Assembly (NCBI RefSeq): GCF_000017185.1 | Contig: NC_009635.1 | Location: forward strand, 1,177,189 to 1,201,188 | Source of the DNA: Methanococcus aeolicus Nankai-3 | GTDB taxonomy: Archaea; AGJL01; Methanococci; Methanococcales; Methanococcaceae | DNA: 24,000 nt | Direction: 5' to 3' | Shown: one piece after another, positions 1 to 6,992 of the stretch | How the letters are laid out: each line of letters starts with the position of its first letter | Position numbering within the stretch: position 1 is the first letter of the stretch | Made by a program: the position numbers and the translations under genes | Notes under the pieces: model-generated | Databases searched by the model: none | What the model was told of the DNA's origin: nothing | What the model saw: only the letters and a program-made list of their open reading frames with translations

Positions 1-2
1 TA

Positions 3-269
3 GATATATTAAAAGGATTTATAGAATATCCTAATGAAGATTTAGATAAAATTTTAGAAATAAAAGGATTGAAATCACTTTCAAAAGAGGAAGTTGAAGA
101 AATAATTGAAAATATAATAAATCAAAACATAGAAGTTGTAAATAGTAAAGGTATGGGTGCTATGGGTATGTTGATGGGTAGATGTATGGCGGAGCTCCGA
201 GGTAAAGCCGATGGAAAAATTATAAACACCGTGTTAAAAAATAAATTAATGGAAAAGGCAAATAAATAA
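3..269 (+). CDS. 3' fragment of a GatE/GatB-family aminoacyl-tRNA amidotransferase subunit (YqeY-like C-terminal tail); 5' end lies outside the window
   Basis: Frame 3 is open from the window edge (DILKGFIEYPNEDLDKILEIKGLKSLSKEEVEEII...), so the TTG at 69 in the ORF track is probably internal. The C-terminal MGxLMGxxMxELRGKADGKxxNxxLKxKL pattern is typical of the GatB/GatE tail domain. Stop TAA at 267-269. Confidence 0.6.
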   Translation, partial: DILKGFIEYPNEDLDKILEIKGLKSLSKEEVEEIIENIINQNIEVVNSKGMGAMGMLMGRCMAELRGKADGKIINTVLKNKLMEKANK

Positions 270-300
270 TAAATAATATATTAAACTTAAAAGGGAAAAT

Positions 301-1791
301 ATGAATGAGATATTGGGATATATTATTGGTGAAACCACCAATACAGAATTAAGCTTTTTATCATTGGGTATGCCTGAAATTGGGGGGTATGTCTTAATAA
401 AATATGAGAATAAAAATATACTGGGAATGGTTGAAAGTGTTGTGCAGGGTTGCCCAGTATTTGATGAAGTATTAAGCGTAAATGATTTAATAAAATTAAA
501 AAACCTAGAAAATGAAGATTCCTACTATATTATGGGAAAAATAAAGGTATTGGGAGATATTGAAAATAAAGAAATTCCAAGGGTGCCACCAAAACCAGGA
601 ACAGAAGTATATATTGCCGACGATGATTCATTAAAAAATATGTTTTCAGATGGGCATTTAAAAATAGGCAAATTGATATCAAGAGAGGTTCCCGTATGCC
701 TTGATGTCAATAAATTATGCTCTCGGCACTTGGCAATATTGGCAATTACCGGAATGGGAAAATCAAACACAGTATCGGTGTTATTATCCGAATTAAATAA
801 GTTAAATGGAACCGTTGTAGTTTTTGATGTTCATGGAGAGTATAAAGAAATAAAATCAAACAACAGCAACAACATATTAAATACTCACAATGTCGAACCA
901 CAAATAAATATATTTAATATAAGTAGTAGTGCATTATGTGATTTAGCGGGAGTAGATGCACAGGCCACAAAACAGCGACCATATATTAATAAGGCAATAA
1001 AATCGGTTAAAAAACAATATAAGGAAGTTGATTTCAATTCTGCGGAAGATTATGTAAATTCAATAATATTTGAATTGGAATCATATATTGAGATTAATAA
1101 AAGAGATGCGGAAAGTATTCAAACTGCCATATTTAGATTGGAGGATATGCTTCAATTTAAAAATCACATTATTAGACTACATTATAATCCAATAGAGGAA
1201 ATAAAAGACGGACATATTAACATACTGCCATTAGATGGATTAGATGAAAATGATATGGATATTATTATTTCTTACTTTTCAAAAGAGATTTTAAAGAATA
1301 GAAAAAAATCATTTAGAAATAATGAACCAAAACCTGTATTTTTAATATTTGAGGAGGCACATTTAATAGTGCCACAAAATAGAAATACAAAATCAAAATA
1401 TTATATATCCCGAATAGCTCGGGAAGGTAGAAAATTTGGAGTTGGGATATGTCTTGTATCCCAAAGGCCCAAAACTCTTGACCAGGAATCATTATCCCAA
1501 TGCAACAATTTAATTATATCTAAATTAATAGAACCTTCTGACCAATCCCATGTTCAACATGCCTCTGAGAATTTAAGTGAAGATTTATTAAAACAATTGC
1601 CCAGTTTGAATATTGGAGAGGCTGTGATTATAGGGCCTTGTTTAAAAATTCCTGCAATTGTAAAAATAGATAAATTTGATGGAGAATATAAGGGAGAAGA
1701 TATTGATATTGTAAATATATGGAAGAACAATTATAATAATGAAAATAATGAAAAAAGACTTTATTCAGAAGATATGTATGGAGATTTATAG
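301..1791 (+). CDS. HerA/FtsK-like P-loop ATPase (DUF87 family)
   Basis: 496-aa ORF. Walker A is AITGMGKSNT, Walker B-like is VFLIFEEAHLIVP, followed by AREGRKFGVGICLVSQRP, which is typical of HerA/DUF87 ATPases. AGGGA Shine-Dalgarno-like motif upstream of the ATG at 301. No NurA-like partner in the window. Confidence 0.8.
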   Translation: MNEILGYIIGETTNTELSFLSLGMPEIGGYVLIKYENKNILGMVESVVQGCPVFDEVLSVNDLIKLKNLENEDSYYIMGKIKVLGDIENKEIPRVPPKPGTEVYIADDDSLKNMFSDGHLKIGKLISREVPVCLDVNKLCSRHLAILAITGMGKSNTVSVLLSELNKLNGTVVVFDVHGEYKEIKSNNSNNILNTHNVEPQINIFNISSSALCDLAGVDAQATKQRPYINKAIKSVKKQYKEVDFNSAEDYVNSIIFELESYIEINKRDAESIQTAIFRLEDMLQFKNHIIRLHYNPIEEIKDGHINILPLDGLDENDMDIIISYFSKEILKNRKKSFRNNEPKPVFLIFEEAHLIVPQNRNTKSKYYISRIAREGRKFGVGICLVSQRPKTLDQESLSQCNNLIISKLIEPSDQSHVQHASENLSEDLLKQLPSLNIGEAVIIGPCLKIPAIVKIDKFDGEYKGEDIDIVNIWKNNYNNENNEKRLYSEDMYGDL

Positions 1792-2052
1792 TTAATCTTC
1801 AATAACTGTCCTTTATTTGTCCTATAGTAAAAATTCCCCTGGAATTTTGAGGTCCCCCCGGGATTCAATAATCTCTGATTATTACATATCGTAAAAACTC
1901 CTTCGGAGTTTTGAGAATTATTAAATAAAATCCTTTTAGGATTTTGTACAAAAGCATAGCTTTTGTAAACAAATTTCTTAATTTATTGATAATAGGTTAG
2001 ATTTCAGCTTTTAATCGTAGATGGTTTAGTGAAAAAGACCGAAGATTGACTA
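1789..2052 (+). repeat. Family-1 intergenic element, long form, copy A (TAGT...ACTA ends flanked by TA)
   Basis: About 264 bp, roughly 85% identical by eye to the reverse complement of 3505-3764. Shares termini TAGTnAnnTTCAATAACTGTCC and GTGAAAAAGACCGAAGATTGACTA with copies at 8115 and 13338. Contains five short hairpins: 1830-1848, 1867-1883, 1894-1912, 1927-1945, 1948-1966. Confidence 0.85.
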
Positions 2053-2119
2053 TAGATTAGGAGCTCCTTAAAATAATATAAATAAAAATATAAAAATAGA
2101 GATAACAAAGAATATATAT

Positions 2120-2932
2120 CTATTCCTCTGTTTTTTTGCCCAAATAGGATATATTTATCCGTTTATCATATAATTCTATTTTTAAACCTATTTTAGCAGG
2201 GATTATTTTAACTGATGTATTATCCTTAATATATTCGCACTCCTTAATGGGATTTGTCATTTTAACTCCAATATGATTAATAACTACGAGTTCTGGCTTA
2301 TTTTTCATACTATTTAACAAATCTATTAAATCATTTGAACATAAATGACCTTTTAATTTATTATTTTTTTTCCTAACCACATTTGCCACAAGCACCCTAA
2401 CGCCATCAAAACAGTCTTTTAATGGTTCAATTAATTCGGTATCGCTTGTATATCCAATATCTCCTTTATTAGTTTTTACCCTACATCCAATCCCTTTTGG
2501 GTCTCCATGTTTTGTTGGTGTGGCTATTAATTCAATATCATGTATATTTGCAGACTCTTTTGGGTTTAATATATGAATTTCTGATTTAGATTGGTGATAT
2601 TTGGATATTGCATTTTCATATTTTTCATATCCATTCAATACAGAAATATTACTTATAATATAACCAATATTTTTTGTCATACCATATGTCATTGCCTCTA
2701 TCATAACTTCGGCATCGGTGTAGTGGTCGGGATGGTCATGAGATATAAAAATAGCATTTGTATAATATGGTATTAATTTTAAATCTGCCATCCTTACCAG
2801 AGCTCCGGGACCCGGGTCTATATGTAAATTTGTTTTTTCCGTGTGTATTCTAAATCCTCCTGTCCCCCTATTTTGGGTTATAGTTGCCCATCGTCCCCCG
2901 CCAGCACCTAAAAATATTATCTCAGCGTGCAA
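2120..2932 (-). CDS. MBL-fold metallo-hydrolase
   Basis: 270-aa ORF. HxHxDH-type motif SHDHPDH and an N-terminal IIFLGAGGG strand typical of the metallo-beta-lactamase fold. TTG start at 2932 is preceded by GGGGGTGAT (SD-like) with a 4-nt spacer. Confidence 0.85.
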   Translation of the reverse strand: MHAEIIFLGAGGGRWATITQNRGTGGFRIHTEKTNLHIDPGPGALVRMADLKLIPYYTNAIFISHDHPDHYTDAEVMIEAMTYGMTKNIGYIISNISVLNGYEKYENAISKYHQSKSEIHILNPKESANIHDIELIATPTKHGDPKGIGCRVKTNKGDIGYTSDTELIEPLKDCFDGVRVLVANVVRKKNNKLKGHLCSNDLIDLLNSMKNKPELVVINHIGVKMTNPIKECEYIKDNTSVKIIPAKIGLKIELYDKRINISYLGKKTEE

Positions 2933-3002
2933 ATTATCACCCCCATAATTGTTTATCTTTATTCTAAAATATTAGTATATTTTATATTATTATTTTTATT
3001 AA

Positions 3003-3503
3003 TCATTTAAATACGATATTAACATTATTATATATCCCACTAACCCTAACAACAACATATGGAGAAGTAATTATCATATCGGGGTTATTTGGTTGTGTTT
3101 CATTCATATATATAATCAAATTATTGTTATTATCCTTTATTATTTTTGATATTTTAATTTTATAATCACTACTTGGTTTTTTTCCAGCGTAAATGTATAT
3201 TGTAGTTTTATTATATTTATTATCTGCTATTATACTATATGATGGTTTATCATTACCATGAGTTCCAAATTTAACTATATTATACTCAGCAGACATATTG
3301 ACAGAAATGTTATTCGACATATTATTGATAATAATATTATTTTTATTATTATTGTTTATCGTGTTATTTTTTATGTTGTTGGTATTATTGTGATTATTAT
3401 TGATAGTATTGACTTCATCATTAAAATTATCCAAACAACAGGACAAACTCAGAAATAAAATACATATTATCGTTATTATTTTTAATACCATTATATCCCT
3501 CAT
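3003..3503 (-). CDS. Asn-rich secreted or lipoprotein-like protein of unknown function
   Basis: N-terminal hydrophobic signal with LSLSCC (lipobox-like Cys), an Asn-rich low-complexity linker, then a beta-rich C-terminal domain (weak resemblance to PrcB_C-type domains, low confidence). The ATG at 3491 (preceded by GAGGGA) may be the true start. The ATG at 3503 is formed at the junction with repeat copy B. Confidence 0.65.
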   Translation of the reverse strand: MRDIMVLKIITIICILFLSLSCCLDNFNDEVNTINNNHNNTNNIKNNTINNNNKNNIIINNMSNNISVNMSAEYNIVKFGTHGNDKPSYSIIADNKYNKTTIYIYAGKKPSSDYKIKISKIIKDNNNNLIIYMNETQPNNPDMIITSPYVVVRVSGIYNNVNIVFK

Positions 3504-3504
3504 T

Positions 3505-3764
3505 TAGTCAATCTTCGGTCTTTTTCACTAAACCGCTTATGATTAAGCTAAAATCTAACCTATTATCAATAAATTAAGAAATTTGTTTACAAAATCTTCG
3601 ATTTTGTACAAAATCTCGAAGAGATTTTATTTAATAATTCTCAAAATCGCAAAGCGATTTTTACGATATGCAATAATCAGAGATTATTGAATCTCGGGGG
3701 GACCTCAAAATTCCAGAGGAATTTTTACGATATGGCGGATAAGGGACAGTTATTGAACTTACTA
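3505..3764 (-). repeat. Family-1 intergenic element, long form, copy B (inverted relative to copy A)
   Basis: Reverse complement aligns end to end with 1789-2052. Hairpins at 3589-3607, 3610-3628, 3643-3661, 3672-3688 and 3707-3725. ACTA-TA end at 3761-3766. Lies 3 nt from the uppS stop and directly abuts the ATG at 3503. Confidence 0.85.
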
Positions 3765-3769
3765 TATTT

Positions 3770-4573
3770 TTACTTTCCATATCGTCTTTTTCTCTTTTGA
3801 TAATCCCGAATTGCTCTTAGAAAATCTATTTTTCTAAATTGAGGCCAATACACTTCACAAAAATAAAGTTCTGAATATATGGACTGCCATGTTAAAAAAT
3901 TACTAATTCTCTCCTCGCCCGATGTTCTAATTATTAAATCTGGATTAGGGTGGGGTAAATGTGAAGTATATAGTCGTTCAGATATTGTATTAACAGATAT
4001 ATCCTCAACATTTAATTCATTGTTTTTTATTTTATATGCTATATCTTTTATGGCATCTACAATTTCCTGCTGTCCGCCATAGGCAATTGCAACATTTACA
4101 TAATAATTATTATAGTCTTTTGTTCTTTCTTCTGCATAATCTATTGCTTTCCTAACTCGCTCGGGAAGCAAATCTACTCGCCCTATCGCCTTTATTCTTA
4201 TCTTTTTTTTATGAACCATACTGTCGTCTGCTGTGGCCATAAATTCTTGTTCAAACAAATCCATTAAAAAATCTACTTCTTCCTTAGACCTATTAAAATT
4301 CTCCTGTGAAAAAGAATATAGCGTAATTACTTTTACCCCTAAATTAACACACCAATCTACAAACTCCAAACTTTTTTTAGCACCGATTTTATGGCCAATC
4401 ATGGATTTACTTCCAATTGTCTTAGTCATTCTCCGATTTCCATCCATGATTACTCCGATATGTTTTGGGATATTTTTTTTATCTAACTTTCTTTCAAGCA
4501 TTTTTTCATAATATTTGTAAATTCCCAATTTAGTCATAAAATCGTAAATTTCTACCAACAAATTAATCACCAT
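3770..4573 (-). CDS. uppS: cis-prenyltransferase, undecaprenyl-diphosphate synthase family (archaeal GGPP-specific UppS)
   Basis: 267-aa ORF with the hallmark motifs GVIMDGNRR (N-terminal catalytic Asp) and IRTSGEERISNFLTWQSIYSELYF. Confidence 0.9.
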   Translation of the reverse strand: MVINLLVEIYDFMTKLGIYKYYEKMLERKLDKKNIPKHIGVIMDGNRRMTKTIGSKSMIGHKIGAKKSLEFVDWCVNLGVKVITLYSFSQENFNRSKEEVDFLMDLFEQEFMATADDSMVHKKKIRIKAIGRVDLLPERVRKAIDYAEERTKDYNNYYVNVAIAYGGQQEIVDAIKDIAYKIKNNELNVEDISVNTISERLYTSHLPHPNPDLIIRTSGEERISNFLTWQSIYSELYFCEVYWPQFRKIDFLRAIRDYQKRKRRYGK

Positions 4574-5315
4574 TTAAGAATTTTATGGCATTATAATATC
4601 TTTTCCAATCCCCGCTTCTACTGGTATCTATAAATTTTATATCTTTATCATTTAAAATCACTGCACCATATCCTTCCATCTTACATACTAAACCCAAACA
4701 TCTAAATATTAAATTCCCAGAAATTCCGTCGGGTGCTATTATTATGTTGTATCCGTTTTTTAGGTATTCTTCTATTAATATGCCATTATGGTGTATTATA
4801 ATACCGTCCTCTGTTTCCAATATGTTATCATTTTCACTGTCTTCATTATTGTATATTTTTTTAAAATATTTAATTATATTTTCACATTCATTTAATGAAT
4901 TATCAATTTTCTCACTTCTCCCATAATCCGACAACCTTCCCGCAGATAAAAGCCCGACTTTTGGAACAATATTTTTTGATTTTAAAAAATTTATTGAATA
5001 ATTTATTATATTTATTTTATCTTGAATATTATTAACTTCATCAATTCCCACGGGACATAATAAAAAAATATCATCTGTAAATGGATTTTTTAATATTGAT
5101 GCTCTGTAAAATTCTCCAATTTCTTTTTTTAACAATGGCATAATTTCAGAAGAAGATAATGAACCCCTTATGGCACCATCTACTTCATTATTTATGGTTT
5201 TGTCAAGGAGCTCCCGGGAATCATCCACTAACTGAACATCAATTCCTTCCCACACTAATGCTTGATATGCCTTTAAAATTTCTTTTTTGTTTTCACCGAT
5301 GCCCATTAGATACAT
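4563..5315 (-). CDS. PTA/PlsX-like (phosphate acyltransferase fold) protein; possibly the methanogen-specific 'methanogenesis marker protein 4' family
   Basis: 250-aa ORF. The C-terminal IAPDGISGNLIFR resembles the PDxxxGN motif of phosphate acetyl/butyryl transferases. GGTGAT SD-like motif lies 5 nt upstream of the ATG at 5315. Overlaps uppS by 11 nt. The family name is from memory and was not checked. Confidence 0.7.
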   Translation of the reverse strand: MYLMGIGENKKEILKAYQALVWEGIDVQLVDDSRELLDKTINNEVDGAIRGSLSSSEIMPLLKKEIGEFYRASILKNPFTDDIFLLCPVGIDEVNNIQDKINIINYSINFLKSKNIVPKVGLLSAGRLSDYGRSEKIDNSLNECENIIKYFKKIYNNEDSENDNILETEDGIIIHHNGILIEEYLKNGYNIIIAPDGISGNLIFRCLGLVCKMEGYGAVILNDKDIKFIDTSRSGDWKRYYNAIKFLNGD

Positions 5316-5632
5316 AATTTATCACCAATATTAATATTAAAATTTTGGGAGCTCCTTATCTCAATCATAGAATTAGAATAAACCTTTGAGTTATATGTTT
5401 TCCATGGTTTTAAATTTTTGGCAATATCCACAACTTCATTGTTGTATAAAAAAATTACATCTATGGGATATTTCATAAAAAATGTATGGATATGGAGCTT
5501 TCGTTTGCCATAGTAAAATATAAGCCCCTCATTGTGATTTATATCTTTAAACATTAATCCAAATGCTCGTTTTATAAAATTATCTGCCACATTTAAATTA
5601 TATGTTTTATTATTTAATTGAATTTCTGGCAT
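5306..5632 (-). CDS. DUF192 (COG1430) family protein
   Basis: 108-aa ORF. RAFGLMF...GLIF...IHTFFMKYPIDVIF pattern is typical of DUF192. GGGGGGAGA SD-like motif upstream of the ATG at 5632. Overlaps the downstream gene by 10 nt. Confidence 0.8.
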   Translation of the reverse strand: MPEIQLNNKTYNLNVADNFIKRAFGLMFKDINHNEGLIFYYGKRKLHIHTFFMKYPIDVIFLYNNEVVDIAKNLKPWKTYNSKVYSNSMIEIRSSQNFNINIGDKLCI

Positions 5633-5647
5633 ATTCTCCCCCCGATA

Positions 5648-5758
5648 TGGTGTGTGTTTAAAAAGTCAAATTTCATGGATTTATTAAGTCATAGTAATAT
5701 TCGGTCTTTTTCAGGCCATATATGATAAACTCAAATTTTATGTTATTGAATTAAATTA
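5648..5758 (-). repeat. Composite of degenerate repeat fragments (family-2 left end plus a short family-1 copy)
   Basis: 5646-5672 (TA-TGGTGTGTGTTTAAAAAGTCAAATT) matches the family-2 end at 13452-13480. 5692-5715 (TAGTAATATTCGGTCTTTTTCA) matches the family-1 right end in reverse complement. 5742-5758 (GTTATTGAATTAAATTA) resembles the family-1 left end in reverse complement. Boundaries are approximate. Confidence 0.5.
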
Positions 5759-5793
5759 ATAATAATTTAGAGGTAGTTTGATGTAGTTTATAT

Positions 5794-6615
5794 TTATTTT
5801 ATCTTACCATACGGGGCAGGAACATATTGAACCGATGGTTTTTGACCGGTTGGTTGTTTGTATAAATCAAATAAATCATACATTGTTTTTGGAACATTTG
5901 TATTTACTTTTATGCCCATATCCTTTAACTTATTGATTGTAAGAGGATAATCATGCGTCCATACTCCCGTAGATATCAATTCAGTAATATATTTTGCTTT
6001 TTCTTCACTCATTTTATCTTTTAATAACCAATATACAAACTCCCCCACTTGATTTATTGCTTTTTTTGCTATGTCTCCTAAAATTAATGTTTCGTCTTCC
6101 AATTCATCTACATACTTTGTATCTATAACATTTAATATAGATGCAGCAGGATATTGTCCAATTTGAGGGTCAACCGGCCCCATAACTGCATTTTTATCCA
6201 TTATTATTTCATCTACGGCAAGAGATATTAAACTACCTCCGCTCATGGCATAATGGGGTATTATTACGGTAGTTTTTGCCTTATGTTCTTTTAAAGCCAT
6301 GGCTATTTGCTCACTCGCAAGCACAAGCCCTCCGGGAGTATGAAGTATTAAATCTATGGGGACATCATCAGAAGTCATCCTAATTGCTCGCAGAACTTCT
6401 TCACTATCTTCCATATTTATAAACCGATACAATGGAATACCAAATAAAGCCAATGTTTCCTGCCTATGTATCATTGCGATTACTCTTGTTTTTCTCTCTT
6501 TTTCAAGTTTCTTTATGCAATTATATCTTTGTATTAATTTTAATTTAAACATTAACTGAGGATAAAAGAATAAGAATATGAAAAATATCCAAAAAATATT
6601 ATCTATAGCCAACAT
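5794..6615 (-). CDS. Membrane-anchored Clp-fold serine protease, SDH (serine dehydrogenase proteinase, PF01972-like) family
   Basis: 273-aa ORF. N-terminal hydrophobic helix, then IAMIHRQE...PIDLILHTPGGLV...IPHYAMSGGSLISLAVDEIIMD, characteristic of the SDH/SppA-like ClpP-fold group. GGGTGA SD-like motif 3 nt upstream of the ATG at 6615. Confidence 0.8.
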   Translation of the reverse strand: MLAIDNIFWIFFIFLFFYPQLMFKLKLIQRYNCIKKLEKERKTRVIAMIHRQETLALFGIPLYRFINMEDSEEVLRAIRMTSDDVPIDLILHTPGGLVLASEQIAMALKEHKAKTTVIIPHYAMSGGSLISLAVDEIIMDKNAVMGPVDPQIGQYPAASILNVIDTKYVDELEDETLILGDIAKKAINQVGEFVYWLLKDKMSEEKAKYITELISTGVWTHDYPLTINKLKDMGIKVNTNVPKTMYDLFDLYKQPTGQKPSVQYVPAPYGKIK

Positions 6616-6740
6616 AATTCACCCAAATTTAAATTAATATATTATATGTTCAAGAACTATGGTAAATATTCTTTATGTGTTCCAAAATATTAAGTCATAT
6701 TTCGATATTTTCATAAATTACAATAATATATTTATATAAA

Positions 6741-6834
6741 TAGTCCGAAGATTTACCCCGCACGAAACAATGAAATTTCAAAATTTCCTTTGGAAATTTG
6801 ACTTACAATGAACAACTGTTTCGAACACACCAAC
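6741..6834 (-). repeat. Family-2-like intergenic element with central hairpin
   Basis: Right end GTTTCGAACACACC (6819-6832) is the reverse complement of the GGTGTGTTCGAAA end seen at 13456 and 5648. Left end is TAGTCCGAAGATTTAC. The hairpin AAATTTCC-TTT-GGAAATTT at about 6781-6799 sits next to AAGTCAAATT, as in the copy at 13467. Boundaries are uncertain; the element could extend to the ACTA-TA at 6843-6848. Confidence 0.5.
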
Positions 6835-6844
6835 AATATGATAC

Positions 6845-6904
6845 TATATATACACCATATGATATATACAATATAATATATACAATATAATATATGCTAT
6901 ATAT
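6845..6904. repeat. Degenerate tandem repeat of a 14-bp AT-rich unit (ATATATACAATATA)
   Basis: Two exact units at 6862-6875 and 6876-6889, flanked by diverged copies (ATATATACACCATAT at 6845-6859, ATATATGCTATATA at 6890-6903). Lies in the divergent promoter region between the protease and AAA ATPase genes. Confidence 0.6.
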
Positions 6905-6992
6905 TTATGTTTGTTTATATATAATATAACAATTATCATCTATTGGATATATAATACATTAATATGTGCCAATATTAGCACAGAGGTGCATT

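Noticed and set aside
1830-1966. Possible CRISPR array, because of closely spaced short hairpin repeats
   Set aside because: The hairpin units are not identical direct repeats and are not separated by unique spacers of regular length. The whole block is itself duplicated in inverted orientation at 3589-3725. No cas genes or leader are present.
1789-3764. Autonomous composite transposon or integron-like cassette
   Set aside because: There is no transposase, integrase or recombinase ORF in or next to the unit, and no attC-like single-site structure. It is kept only as a non-autonomous or cassette hypothesis in the findings.
1857-5218. Apparent excess of CCCGGG (1857-1862, 2811-2816, 5213-5218), two of them adjoining GAGCTC-core sites
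   Set aside because: Only three non-rRNA occurrences were found. Two encode Pro-Gly in conserved glycine-rich loops and one is inside the repeat core. That is too few to separate from chance or from spill-over of the GGAGCTCC signal.
6616-6992. Possible replication origin, given the AT-rich spacer with repeats and nearby replication genes (polC, mcm)
   Set aside because: No ORB or mini-ORB-type inverted repeats were recognised and no orc1/cdc6 gene is adjacent. The repeats present are explained by the mobile-element family and a simple tandem repeat.
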